Assembly: GCA_951406725.2 (NCBI GenBank)
Contig: OX597823.1
Span: 116,064,001 to 116,128,000, forward strand
Direction of reading: 5' to 3'
Source of the DNA: Octopus vulgaris
Taxonomy: Eukaryota
DNA: 64,000 bases
How positions within the stretch are numbered: the stretch's first letter is position 1; every line of letters begins with the position of its first letter. The notes below the pieces were generated by a model that saw only the letters and a list, made by a program, of their open reading frames with translations, was not told the origin of the DNA and searched no databases. Shown piece after piece: positions 13,592-26,191 of this stretch. The position numbers and the translations under genes were made by a program.

Positions 13592-13720
13592 TAACCACTG
13601 GAACTACATGAAATAAAATGTCTTGCTCAAGAACGCAAGACAGCCTAGTCCAGGAATCGAACTTATTGCCTCATGATTGTGAGCCCAGTGCTCTAACCAC
13701 TACACCATGTTCCTTCACAC
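13592..13720 (-). mobile_element. tRNA/CORE-like SINE family D, partial
   Basis: The minus strand has a tRNA-like head (ggtgtagtggttagagcact..gttcgattcc) and 'ttcttgagcaagacattt'. Confidence 0.65.
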
Positions 13721-14059
13721 TGGGCCTTACTGAACTGTGAAGTATACTCAGCCACATTAGTAGTGATGGCTACTTGCAAGAACTCCAAATCAACTATGAA
13801 GTATAAGCAAATGGAGTTCTCATCAGTAGCCATCACTACTAATATGGCTGAGCAAAATCACTATGTGTTTGTGTGTATATGTAATACCATTGACTGTGGT
13901 ATTTATACCACAGAGGGATATATATATATATATATATGTACAAGCAAAACACACACTCCACGTCCAATGGACGGTGCTGAGTTGCCAAACATTTAAACCA
14001 AATTTTCTCAAAACAACTTGTCTGACCATCCCATAGACCTCTCCTTTGAGAAACACTGA

Positions 14060-14463
14060 TTTAATCTAAATTTGAGACACCAGCAAAAGAAGAAATAAAG
14101 ATAGACGTTTTTTCTATTCCAAAGAAAAACGATTTTATTCACACAAATATGCAACCGAAGAGTATAAAGTACCAATAATGATAAGGCTGTTGACTGGGAG
14201 AACACAAACACGGTTTAAACAGTAAGCTTGGCAGGAAAGAAATGTGCCTTTAAGCAGTACAAAAACAACAAAAAATGGAAGGTGCAGTTCTGTACAGGTT
14301 GACGTTATCGATCGCATTCTCGCCTGGAATCGATTTTTGTAACTTTTTCAAGACTGATACATGCTTTGATACCATCAGTATCTACATATCAAATTTCAGC
14401 GCAATTGGATGGAAGATGCCCGAGATCCTAGAAGACACACACACAGACAGACAGAATGGATTT

Positions 14464-14480
<17 letters not shown>
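14060..14480 (-). mobile_element. Non-autonomous Helitron-like fragment (5' part)
   Basis: The minus strand begins tatataaaatccattctgtctgtctgtgtgt..., the same architecture as the 5' end of the complete Helitron at 40378-40752. No CTAG end was found. Confidence 0.45.
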
Positions 14481-14498
<18 letters not shown>

Positions 14499-15135
14499 CT
14501 TCATATATATAAATATATATATATATATTATATATGTCATGTAATACAGTAATGAATATAATAATGGACTGGCCTTTGGTTAAACAACAAGATTTATATT
14601 CATTTCCTTGATGAAATGTCCTTTCACTTAAACCTTGAACGTTCATGGTAATAGGATAAAAATCACAGCACCCCATCTTTTATGAGACACATTGTTTCTG
14701 GTGTGTGTGTGTGTGTGTATGTGTGTGTGTGATGAGATGCACACACACACACACACACATATGATTGCATGTGTGTAGTAGTGTAATTGATGTTGTTTCT
14801 CTGTGACATTTTTCATTATTTCTGTCCATCGTTTATTATTAGAGACTTAATTATCATTATGTGTGGCCACAACACCAGCTGCTATTTCAAACGGTTTTTC
14901 CTTGTTATTCAAAATGTCCTCTCTTCCATTTAAAATAGTTTATCCTGGCCCAACTACATATTCGGTGGCATTAACACAAGTTAAAAAGAGTTTTTACCCT
15001 CTTTAGAAATCTGATCAATCTTCATATCAAATCAATTCTTATTTTCGTGACAATATCAAGTGAAAATCATTTCAGCTGGTCAAATGGCTACTAATACTGG
15101 GTGTCCTTTACTAGTGTTATATTAGTTGAAATATA

Positions 15136-16054
15136 CAGGGTGTTCTTGTTAAATTTGACAGTTTGAATAAAAGAAATAACCAATAACCGATGCATAATTA
15201 AGAGTATTTTTTAAAATATCAAGAAACATCAATTTGATTATGGCTGGGAGATAACAAGTTACTGAAAGTCGCCAGCCTCGGCTTTCATTACAGCCTCAAG
15301 ATGGCTCCAGAGCTTGGTGCATGCAGTTTTCATGTGACCCTACAGCTCCTTGATCTTGTCCTTCAGTTCAGCGCTGGTGTTTCAGGCAGAGTGGTTTGTG
15401 TCTGTCTTTCTTAACCACATCCCACACGTAGTAACCCATAGGGTTACAATTAGCAGGATTAAGGGGCCAGAAATTGGAGCTGGCAGGGTCATAAGAATTC
15501 TCCAGCAATCACTTCTAGCTCCTTCTGGAGATATGGCAAGGAGAGCTAAGTGGCCTTCCAGCAGCAACCCTCTCCAGCTAGGGATTGACCAGTCTTCAAC
15601 AGCTTCACATGCCATTCAAGAATTTGGACCTGGAGATCTCCATTTCTAGTGGCTTCGAGGGCCACCTCCCAGTGGCATCGGGCATCAATGAAGACCCCTC
15701 AGTTACAACCAGACGACCATAGTTTTTTTTTTTTTAACCAAGGTCTGGGGTCTCCCGCCACTAAGCCCTAAACCATCACCTAATCACCCTTACCCATCTT
15801 GTTGCTTAACAACAACAACAACAGCTTCACATAACTATCTGAATTGATCCTAAGCTCTGTTCAAAGATGTGAAGATGAATTTCAGCATGTGGATGCAGTC
15901 AGAAGAAGGCCTGCTCTGCCCTTCCTGTTGGCTATTGCATCATAGTTTCTGTTGCGGCTGGCACATGTCATGTCTTATTTCTTTTACAGTGTTCTTAAAA
16001 CATTTTGCAGCTGTCATGATGGCAAAGTTTTGATATCTGGCACGAATCATCCTG
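15136..16054 (-). mobile_element. Decayed Tc1/mariner-superfamily transposon, maT/DD37D-like
   Basis: The minus strand reads ...PCHISRRS*K*LLENSYD..NFWPLNPANCNPMGYYVWDVVKK...TACTKLWSHLEAVMKAEAGDFQ* (cf. WPPNSPDCNPLDYYVW). Left end is TA|cagggtg; the right TIR is weak. Interrupted by the 15611-15818 retroposon. Confidence 0.65.
15611..15818 (+). mobile_element. Short structured retroposon (non-tRNA head, internal T-run, (AAC)n tail), copy 1
   Basis: 14-bp TSD caacagcttcacat at 15597-15610 and 15819-15832; full-length homolog at 32766-32968. Confidence 0.8.
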
Positions 16055-16273
16055 ATACAGCAAACCCTTTTCCAACATTCTGATGGTTTCTAGTCCTCCA
16101 TGTCAGCTCGCATTTTCCCAACTACAATTTTATTCTTTATGCTCTTCAATGTCTTTGACTGTTCACCATTACTTCAAGATATTCTTGAGGAAAAAAAAGG
16201 ATCCCAAACACTTAGTGTATTTTCAGCTCCCTGATTGGGATGTGAGTCTGTATGTAATATTGCCAAATGATCG

Positions 16274-16675
16274 AGGCAGCAAGCTGGCAGAAACGTTAGC
16301 ACACCAGGTGAAATGCTTAGAGGTATTTTGTCTGTCTTTACGTTCTGGGTTCAAATTCCACTGAGGTCGACTTTGTCTTTCATCCTTTCGGGGTCAATTA
16401 AATAAGTACCAGTTACGCACTGGGGTCGTCAATATAATCAACTTAATCCATTTGTCTGTCCTTGTTTGTCCCCTCTGTGTTTAGCCCCTTGTGGGTAGTA
16501 AAGAAATAGGTATTTTGTCTGTCTTTACGTTCTGAGTTCAAATTCTGCTGAGGTTGACTTTGCCTTTCATCCTTTCAGAATCGATAAATTAAGTACCATT
16601 TGCTTACTGGGGTCGAGCTAATTGACTGGTACCCCTCCCCCAAAATTTCAGGCCTTGTGCCAAGGGTAGAAAAAT
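16274..16675 (+). mobile_element. SINE family B, head-to-tail dimer
   Basis: Head aggcagcaagctggcagaaacgttagc..gttcaaattcc and central gcctttcatcctttcggggtc..taagtaccag domain. The second unit starts at ~16511 and lacks the first ~50 nt. Confidence 0.8.
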
Positions 16676-16941
16676 ATATCGGCAATTGATCTGGTGCTTA
16701 CAAACCAGTGAAGTAAACTGCAAATCGTGTGGAATGTCTCACACTGTCCAAATACATGACAGCTATTGTCCAATATATTAGCATTTTGCTGTTTTAAAAC
16801 TTTACTTGATTGTAACACACTTTGAACTCAGAACTATAAGCACTAAACTAACTGAAGGTACAACCTCAGTACCAGCTGATAAACTCTTACGAAACGGTTG
16901 AGTTATTGTGCATATAAATGGTTAAAATTTTAAAAAACCTG

Positions 16942-17300
16942 TGAAGGCACATGGATCAGTGGTTAGAGCATTGAGCTTATAATCATGAGATTGTGAGTTT
17001 GATTCAAAGACTCAGCTGTGTTGTGTTCTTGAGCAAGACACTTTATTTCACATTGCTCCACATTATTTCACATTTCACGTTGTAGAAATCAGTTGCAACA
17101 CCACTGGTACCAAGCTGTATGGCATTTACCTTTCCCTTGGGTAACATTGGTGGCATGAGCAGCAGCTGGTCTTCCATAAAAACAACCCTAGGTTGGGTGT
17201 TCGCCAGTGAGGTGACTTCTCCCCCAGACTTGTACCCTGGAGTGGAACCTCTTATGTGCACCCATGGTCATTCATGACTGATAGAGTCGAGTCTTTCAAG
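16942..17300 (+). mobile_element. tRNA/CORE-like SINE family D
   Basis: A-box-like tggatcagtggttagagc, B-box-like gagtttgattc, and CORE-like gtgttcttgagcaagacactt; homologous to 18314-18656. Confidence 0.75.
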
Positions 17301-17456
17301 TCTCAAAATGGTTAAAATAAAACACCAGAGAGAGAAGTTAAATTTTACATCTCTATCTACTAAAACTCCACTCCCATTTATATAACTAATGGTCTCATTT
17401 TCCCACTAGTTTCTTCTGAAGGATGCAAATGTTAATTTTTAATGTTATCATTGACA

Positions 17457-17955
17457 GTGGTGAATTGGCAGAACCATTACTGAATGGGAAAAAATATTTA
17501 GTGGCATTTTTTCCAGTTTTACATTCAGAGTTCAAATTCTACTGAGATCATTTTCTCCTTTCGTCCTTTTGAGAGTTGATAAAATAAATACCAGTTGAAC
17601 AGTGGAGCCGATGTAATTGACTAGTTCCCTTGCCCTGAAATTTCAACCATTGTGCCTATATTAGCAAGGTTAATGCACCATGTAAGAAGCATCCAGTCCT
17701 TGCTGTAAAGGGGTTGGTATTTGGAAGGGCATCCAGCTGTAAAAATCATGCCAAAACTGACTTCATCTGTGCTGGTGCTACATAAAAAGCACTTAGTCCA
17801 TTCTGTGGAGTGGTTGGTGCTATGAAGGGCATCCAGCAATAAAACCCTTGCCAAAACAGACACAGTAGCCAGGGGTAGTCTTCTACCTGGCTGGCTTCTG
17901 TTCTACCTATGTCAGCGTGGAAGATGGACATTAAACAACGATGATGATGATGATG
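17457..17955 (+). mobile_element. Degenerate SINE B followed by RTE-tail repeat
   Basis: SINE B motifs at 17457-17660; RTE-tail motifs and (GAT)n extend to 17955. Confidence 0.6.
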
Positions 17956-17998
17956 AATTTATTTTCTCAACATTTATTAAATATTCTTTTGTCTTTAA

Positions 17999-18199
17999 CA
18001 TTTTAGCCTTGAAGCCCAAGTATTCTTGTTTTATATTCAAATTGGCCAGATCTGGCATCTCACCTATCCAGCTATGCTAGTCTAAAAATGAGAAGTCATA
18101 TCAACAAAATCTTGAGGCTGTGAGATAATGCACGATTAATTGGAAATAATTTGAATAAATAAGCATTACATTTGACAGAATAATCTGAATGGTAAAGGG
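17999..18199. mobile_element. TTAA-flanked (piggyBac-type) MITE
   Basis: TTAA at 17995-17998 and 18200-18203; degenerate TIRs cattttagcctt / gaatggtaaaggg. Confidence 0.55.
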
Positions 18200-18313
18200 T
18201 TAAACTATGTTTGGTAATAAAAATGTAGCAGATCTTATTGTCTTATGTCTGAAATGAAAACACTGGTTGATTCAGAAATTATATTCATTTTGCGGTATAA
18301 ATAATGGGAATAG

Positions 18314-18656
18314 TGAAGGTGCATGGCTCAGTGGTTAGAGCTTTGGGCTCACAATCATGAGGTAATGAATTCAATTCATGGACCAGGCTGTGTATTGTGT
18401 TCTGGGGCAATACACTTTATTTCGTGTTGCTCCTGTTCACTCTGGTGTAGAAATGAGCTGCAGCATCCCTGATGCCAAACTGCATCGGCCCCTTTGCCTT
18501 TGCCTTGGATAACATCAGTGGTGTGGAGAGTAGAGGCTGATATGCATGGGCGACTGCTGGTCTTCTGTAAACAACCTTGCCTGGACTTGTGTCTTGGAGG
18601 GTAACTTTCTAGGTGCAATCCCATGGTCATTTATGACTGAAGGGGATCTTTACCTT
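18314..18656 (+). mobile_element. tRNA/CORE-like SINE family D
   Basis: tggctcagtggttagagc head; colinear with 16942-17300. Confidence 0.75.
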
Positions 18657-18829
18657 ATTTAATGGAAATAAATAAATTAAAAGCAAAGTATGGGAACTAT
18701 TAAAAGCTACCAAAATTTATCTGACACCAAACATTAATTATTTTGTACTCAGGTGTATATTTTAGACTAAGACTGATGAGTATTAAATACCTCCCTTCAT
18801 TTCATACAGTCATTTCTCTTGATGCCTAT

Positions 18830-19087
18830 GGCTGTTGACAACTGGTAAGTCCCTTAACCACTTGGGGGTCACTGGGGCATGGCAGCCATGCAGCATATCT
18901 AAGATGAAAAATCCTAGCAGAACCCATCCCTCTCCAGGCTAAACTCATTTCTACAGCTGAGTGAACTGGAGCAACATGAAGTGAAGTGTTTTGCTCAAGA
19001 ACACAGTGCATTGCCCTGGTCCAGGAATTGAAACCACAATCTTACGATAATGAGTCCAATACCCTAACCACCCAGCCACATGCCTCC
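18830..19087 (-). mobile_element. tRNA/CORE-like SINE (family D-related)
   Basis: The minus strand has tggctgggtggttagggtatt..ggtttcaattcctgg and gtgttcttgagcaaaacactt. Confidence 0.65.
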
Positions 19088-19726
19088 GCTCTATGGCTGT
19101 TACCATACCATTATTTTCCACACTTAAAAAGCAATTGTATCATATGCAAACTGACTGCAATCTCTACAGTCTTATTGTAACTTGTTTTTGAGAATACTTC
19201 ATAAATTTCTCAGGATATAATATGATTATCCATTGAAAAACTGAAGTTCTCATACCTATTTCATATGTAAGGTCTTCAGTTATTTCAGCTTTTTCCATTC
19301 CTGACATGGAATAGCTTTCAGCATTACATTAAAACAACAATAGCTAGATTCAGAGGAATCTATTTCTTCACACTATTAAATAAATTTAATAGTATTCATT
19401 GGGAGGAGATTTTTTAGAAATAACCATTGCTGCATTTTGAAGCGTTCAATAACTTAAGACCTGTAAAAAACCCTAATCTTATTAGCACTGTTAGTTGCAG
19501 GGTTGACTGTAATATGAACCACAATAAATTTTAGCATTGTCAATGTTTGACAGAATTGTTTTGTAATTGTCAATTCTTTAGATGTGAAATTACTTTCCAC
19601 TTTTGGGGACGTCTATTTATTCTGTAATTTTTACCTCTCAGGTATATCGTTATTGAATTGATTCTGATTGATACAGTCTGCTTGGTTGAATATTTTTTTC
19701 AATATTCTTTTTCTATCATCCTTAAC

Positions 19727-20160
19727 ATCATCATCATCATCATCATCATCATCACCACCATCACTACCACCACCACCTTTGTCACCATCATCACCACCAC
19801 CATCTTTGTTGTCATTGTCACCGTCACCATCATCCCCACCACAACCACCACCATCATCATCATCATCATCACTGCCACCACCATGCCACAATCGCCCCAC
19901 CCCCACCACTATCATCATCATCATCTCCACCACCACCACCATCATCATCATCATCACTGCCACCACCACGTCACAATCACCCCACCCCCACCACTATCAT
20001 CATCATCATCACCATCACTACCACCACCACCTTTGTCACCATCATCACCACCATCTTTGTTGTCATTGTTATCATCACCATCATCCCTACCACAACCACC
20101 ACCACCATCATCATCGCTACCACCATGCCACAATCACCCCACCACCACCACCACTACCAA
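19727..20160. repeat. Cryptic (CAT/CAC)n trinucleotide repeat with internal duplications
   Basis: Directly visible; explains the His/Pro/Ser-rich pseudo-ORFs. Confidence 0.9.
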
Positions 20161-21129
20161 AAATTGTTATAGTACAATGATTGCTGTTTAGTTTTTTGTT
20201 CCCTAATTTCAAATTTAGAGTCAGGCTTTCAGATTCCTTTCAATTTTGCTAAGATAACAATGAATTTTGGTTTTGGTCCACAGAAAATTTCAAGCCTAAT
20301 TACTGTAAGTTAGGGGTGAATTACAAGGTACTTAATAATACCTCATCACATTCTCCTGGTTTAAATATTTACAAACCATTAACCTTTAGGAGATTCTTGC
20401 CAGGACAGATACCAACGATTGATTACAAACAGATATGAACTAACGATTCTTTGACTTTAGTTGATGTGGTTTGTTGCAACTCTGCCAGATTCTGGAGATA
20501 CATAAAAGAGATCTTCATTATGGAAATTTAATGAACCTATAAGTGCAGTAAGAAAAATAGGTAAGAACTGAATAAATTCGCTGCTGTTTATCTAAGTACG
20601 TGCTGTTACTAAAAGTATTGATCACCAGTTTGTCTTTATCCCACTTATATTATTAGTGCTATTTGCAAACAATGCCCTCATTAGATATTCGAACTCAGCA
20701 ACGATGTCGTGTTTAATAGGGGTAGGCAAGAGACAGGAGGAATGATGGAGTGGAAACAGGTAAATGTATCAGGTGTAATCTGCTTGCTATTTCAAAGAAT
20801 TGAGAATGATTTATAGTGCCATTTATAGAAACAACGATAGAATAGAGATTATAGCAGTGATAATAGTCGTAGAAGGGCCACAAATCATCAAATGGAATTT
20901 TCCCATTACAGTCTAAAATGCTTGCGTTACCCCTATATGTGCAAGCTGGCAATAATACAGGTCACAATTCTACCTTTGAAAGCATCACTGCCAAAGTATT
21001 TTCTAATGATAAAGGAGAAGCTATTGAGTTGTAAGTATAGCTAGTGTCAATCAGGGAAGCTGGAACTATTTTGGAAAAATTACTGAAAATACCAAAAATT
21101 AAATTCTGTATTAGGGGCGATAGGTATAG

Positions 21130-21130
<1 letters not shown>

Positions 21131-21161
<31 letters not shown>

Positions 21162-21271
21162 ACTCATGTGTATGAGTGAGCATATGTGTGTGTGTGTGCA
21201 TGTGTGTATGTGTATGCATGTGTGTATGTGAGTATGCTTGTGTGTGTCCATATGTGCATGTGTGTTTGTGA

Positions 21272-21313
<42 letters not shown>

Positions 21314-21462
21314 ACTCGCATGTTTGTGAGTGTGCATATGTGTGTGTGTTTGTGAGTGTATGTGTATGAGTGTGTGTATGCATGTGTGTGTATCCATATG
21401 TGTGTGTGTGTTTGTGAATGTGTGTTTGTGTGTGTTTGTGTGTGTTTGTGTGTGTGTGTGTG
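21131..21462. repeat. Imperfect (TG)n microsatellite
   Basis: Directly visible. Confidence 0.95.
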
Positions 21463-21760
21463 ACAGTGAATTATCTGAAACACATATCAATGAAAACAGC
21501 CTTCTGCTATCAGTGGGTCTTATGATTTTTGATAATATCTTATATTTTAACAAGTGTTACCAGTGTGGCCTGACTTAGCTGTCCAATGGCGGTAGATATA
21601 TTACTAATGGCTGGTCAACCTGAAAAATCGTCACAGATTCAGATACTTAGTGTTGGTAAAGGTTTTATTTCATGATTATAATTTTTTTCTTGTTTTTGAG
21701 TCTGTAGAAAGGAGTGTTGCCCTTGCTCTTTGACTTTTTGTTGGTCCTCAAAGACTCAAT

Positions 21761-22034
21761 AACTTGATGCTATTAATCATCATCATCATCATCATCATCG
21801 TTTAACGTCCACTTTCCATGCTAGCATGGGTTGGATGATTTGACTGAGGGCTGGCGAACCAGATGGCTGCACCAGGCTTCAATCCTGATCTGGCAGAGTT
21901 TCTAGATCAAGTTTGAAGCCTGGTACAGCCATCTGGTTTGCCAGCCCTCAGTCAAATCGTCCAACCCGTGCTAGCATGGAAAGCAGACGTTAAACGATGA
22001 TGATGATGATGATGATGATTAATAGCATCAAGTT
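21761..22034. repeat. Long palindrome made from an RTE-tail repeat plus flanking DNA
   Basis: ~130-bp arms (aacttgatgctattaat(cat)n gtttaacgtc...gatct and its reverse complement) around a ~12-nt spacer. Confidence 0.9.
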
Positions 22035-22039
22035 CTGTT

Positions 22040-23010
22040 TAAACTGCTGCAGGTCAACATAAGCAAGAAGATTCCAAAGAACCAATGTCCTAGGTAGAAT
22101 CGACTAGGAATAGTGGTTATGGCAGAGTCTGGAAGGTTGGATGTACCAAGAGTGACCAACAGGGAAAAAAGGTCAGTGGAATGGGACTGATGGCATTATA
22201 AGACCAGCTAGATCTGAGGAATAGAGGCCCATTGTAATAGGGACAGAAAAACGAAGACAAGAGGCAACATGTCTGTGGGACAGAGGCTAGTGACTAAATT
22301 CCATTTAGTCAGTTGGCCCTTCCGTGAAGGCAGTCCAAGATATCTGTGTGTGTATGTAGCAGAAACACTGTCTTAATGTGGAAGGAGCACTCCATTGTGG
22401 GCCTCATCTGAGCCTTGATGAGGGTCAACAGCTTTTGGGGACTGAAATATTTTCTGGTCCTAAAAACAAGCACTAGTCTTTGGGATATGGTATTAGCTAT
22501 GCTAAAGATATGCTTTCAATAGAAGAGATTCTTGGTGATAGTGAGAGCATTTGGAATGACTATGAGAACTCTTAGTGCCACTCAAGTTTTGTTGGGGTGT
22601 GGTCGAGAGATTTTTTTTTTAACATGAGTAGTGCTTGAGCTTTTTGGCAGTTAAAAGAAATCAGGTTGGTATGGTCTCACTGAAGGATAAGGTCTCTGCA
22701 GGTTTGGTGCGAAATGTCATAGAGATGATGTATGGTCAAGGAATATTATGGAAGAATGGATGGTTGAGTCATCGGCATAAAAGTGGGCATTGTTGGATAT
22801 GGCAGGAAGTATGACATTGAGGTATATTATAGGAAGAAGAAGGTGAGGAAGAACAAAACCAGACTTTGGGAAACACCATTATTGTCTGAGAATGGAGAAG
22901 AAAGAGCCCCATTGACACATGTCACAAGAAAGCTACCTAGAAATTCTAGAAATGGGAGATGGGTGGAACCTGTAGGCAAATAGTTTTGATAGGAGATCTG
23001 CATGCCAGAC
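22040..23010 (-). mobile_element. Heavily decayed LINE (CR1/L2/Jockey-like) remnant
   Basis: Higher-GC, coding-like composition with traces resembling APE-endonuclease 'SDH.LI' near 22660-22685; no continuous frame. Confidence 0.3.
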
Positions 23011-23029
23011 ACTGTAGTAAATCTTGCTG

Positions 23030-23505
23030 ATATCGGCTAACCGGCTTCCGTGCCAGTGGCACATAAAAGGCACCATTCAAGTGTGATCGTTCCCAGCTTC
23101 ACCTTACTGGCACTTGTGCCCCGTGCTAGTAGGGTGCTAAGAGCACCATCCGAGCATGATCATTGCCAGAGTGGCTAACTGGCTTCCGTGCCAGTGACAT
23201 GTAGGAGGCACCTTTCGAGTAGTATCATTACCAGCATCACCTTACTGGCACCTGTGCCACTGGCATGTGTAAAAAGATTCGAGCGAGTTCGTTGCCAGTA
23301 CTGCCTGACTGGCCCCCATGCCGGTGGCATGTAAAAGCACCCACTACACTCTTGGAGTGGTTAGCGTTAGGAAGGGAATCCAGCTGTAGAAAATCTGCCA
23401 GATCAAGACTGGAGCCTGGTGCAGCCATCTGGTTTGCCAGCCCTCAGTCAAATCGTCTAACCCATGCTAGCATGGAAAGTGGATGTTAAATGATGATGAT
23501 GATGA
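23030..23505 (+). mobile_element. RTE-tail repeat with internal tandem sub-repeats
   Basis: Repeated ggctaac.ggcttccgtgccagtg.cac units, then the common tail and (GAT)n. Confidence 0.8.
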
Positions 23506-24362
23506 TATATATATATATAGATATATTAAATATTTATTCTTATATCTGTGTGTAGAATGAAGATTGATGTAATTCTGAATTTGTTTACATTTAACAACAG
23601 TAGATGCTAGAGAGAGGAGACAGCAAATATAAATTTGATGCCTGATTATGAGATTTTCAATAGGTCAATTGAGTCAGAGTAAATCGAAAGCTGCCAGAAA
23701 AACAGGCCTCGGGTACTTATTTTAAGGACTAATGTTTTTCTCAAAGAGATTTATTGAAGAACGTTAAATGTCTTTTTTGAAGAGGAAATAAAACACTTAT
23801 GTAAACAAGGTATTGCTCCACTGAATATATTAGAAGAAAACTTGGCTGAAAGGACAATGAGAGATGGAGAAAGCAGATAATATAAACAGATTAAGAAGTC
23901 TGGTGAAATGGTTTTTGAGAACTCTATGGAAATAGAACACATTAAGATTAACATGCTGTTTATTTCTCAAGAAATGAAAATGATTTGCTGTGAGCAAGTT
24001 CCTTAGACTTTAAGACGTTAACCTTATAATGTTTAAGGTGGTTTGTTGATTAAACAATGACACTTTCTATTAGAGAAAATATCATCCCTTCTCTTTATGA
24101 GTTCGTTCACCTGTCATCATTAAAGCATTTTATTATCTGAAAGTGATTTTGAGGGTTTTTAATTATATTATTACACATCTGATTTATCTCTGAGGCACAA
24201 AGTTTTGATCCCTCTCTCCAAACCATCTCTGTGGTTCAATGTACATTCTGTATTCAAACCTCACTCCAAAAGGTGTAGCTAAACATATTTAAACTCCAAT
24301 GTCCCTACTTTTCACTTCTTTTCCTTGGATTTCGGGGCTCGAGTGCCAGTAAGGCGACACAT

Positions 24363-24408
<46 letters not shown>

Positions 24409-25175
24409 TCTGGTTGTAGGAGAGTGTCAGAAAGCATCAATAGAATATATTTCCAATGTTCCTTAGTTGGTCATCATGAGACAAATGATGTTTTGGATAA
24501 GCACCTAAAACATTCCACAAATTACAGGTATTATAAATAGCTCCATCACTTGAATGTCAGCTCTAATGTGAATACTGCATAAATGATAGAACTTCTTATA
24601 ATGACATGACAGAACTATTCAAGTTTGCTGATATGAAATATCTCTTCATCTGTATCATCCATTCTTGTGAAAATAATCAGTTATTTAATTGTTAATGAAC
24701 TGGGCTTCAGATAGTTGTTCAGCACAAACAAAGCATTGAGACAGTAGTAGTGGGTGGGGAGTAGATTCCAAGCGTGTCACATTTATAGGAACATCTGATA
24801 GAGGTGTGGGGGTCATTTCAGTTGAGACATAACTAGGTGACTAGGCTATGGAAAGGAGAGAAGTAGGTGAGAGTGATATATATATAATGATGATGATAAT
24901 GATGATGATGATGGTGATAGTGGGGAACAATAAGAAGTATGCGATGCAATTTGTAATAGAGATTGTTTATTTAACATTTCTAACAATATTTCAACAGATC
25001 TTCTGTCTTCTTCAGGTTCAAAATATAAAATGAAAACAACACAGAAACACAGAAATTCAAAATATAAATGAGGAAATCCTGTGTTCCCATTACAAATCTC
25101 ATCACACTCTTCTTCTTGTTTCTTTAGCTTCGTGAAGAGTTATGTCAATCTTTAGAAATTAAGAATAATAATAAT

Positions 25176-25460
25176 CCTTTCTATAATAGGCACCAGGCCT
25201 GAAATTATGGGGGAGGGGTTAAATCGATTGCATCGACCCCAGTATTCTACTGGTAATTAATTTATCAACCCCTGAAGAATGAAAGGTAAAGTCGACCTCA
25301 GTGGAATTTGAACTCACTATCGCCATCCCCCACCCCAACCCCGCACTTGGCTCATGCTTTGTTTTCACCTTGAAAGGATAAAAGGCAAAGTTGACCCTGC
25401 CAGAACTTGAGCCCAGCATGTAAACAGCTGCAATGAATGTTCGATAAATTGATGGCTCTA
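25176..25460 (-). mobile_element. SINE family B fragments
   Basis: Reverse complement of gttcaaattcc..gaggtcgacttt.cctttcat..; the tail abuts (AAT)n. Confidence 0.65.
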
Positions 25461-25478
25461 CCAGCTCACTACTTTTAT

Positions 25479-25690
25479 AATAATAATAATAATAATAATG
25501 ATAATAACAACAACAACAACAATAATAATAATAATAAAAACAATAATAATAACAACAACAGAAACAATAATAATAATAATAATGATAATGATAACAACAA
25601 CAACAACAACAACAACAACAATAATAATAACAATAATAAAAACAAAAACAACAGAAACAATAATAATAACAATAATAATAATAATAATAT
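25479..25690. repeat. Compound (AAT)/(AAC) microsatellite
   Basis: Directly visible. Confidence 0.95.
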
Positions 25691-26160
25691 GGTATAAAAG
25701 ATGGGCTACAGCAAATATTCTGCTCAATACCATAGATTTGCTTGTCAGTTGTTTGACCTTAACCAGTTGACCATGTCCCTTAGTGGCTGACGATATGTGC
25801 ATCACTGATCATGAGCAGAAGTAGTGGGGGAGCATCATAGCCATGTGTTGAGAGGGATTCTTTGTGGTTTGAATTATTCACCTCTGGAAACATGGATGTT
25901 TCGTTCAGCATCCTTAAACAACCCTTATTCAGGGACCTTTTGAGTGGGATGGGTTACTCGACCTGAAGAAAATTCTAACTGGGCCCCACCAGCAAGATCA
26001 TGCGCTGTTTATCTTGACATGAGATCAGCATGTCGCGCACATATGGTTATGATGTATGTGCCTGGTGTACCCTTATCAGACGGATTGTCATGATGGGTAT
26101 ACTGGGCTTCGTATATTTTACCTCAGTGTCACTTTGATGGCATGCACTGCTCTCTCACTC
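25691..26160 (+). mobile_element. Probable LINE 3' UTR (Dong/R4-like) inserted in (AAT)n
   Basis: GC-richer block bounded on both sides by (AAT)n and ending ...ctctctcactc(aat)n. No protein motif was recognised, so the clade is inferred from the target. Confidence 0.45.

Positions 26161-26191
<31 letters not shown>

Noticed and set aside
16942-17010. tRNA-like sequences at SINE heads (also 18314, 28316, 56474, 58695)
   Set aside because: They continue into SINE bodies and do not form full cloverleaves, so they are not tRNA genes.
19631-20191. His/Pro/Ser/Thr-rich ORFs of 110-177 aa
   Set aside because: Translation of a cryptic CAT/CAC repeat, open in several frames on both strands; no gene context.
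20713-20952. 79-aa minus-strand ORF
   Set aside because: Looks like a decayed CR1/L2-type LINE 3' remnant (FYDYYH); not supportable as a gene.
20962-21578. HT/CV-rich ORFs (and the many YI/IY ORFs across the window)
   Set aside because: Dinucleotide microsatellite translations.
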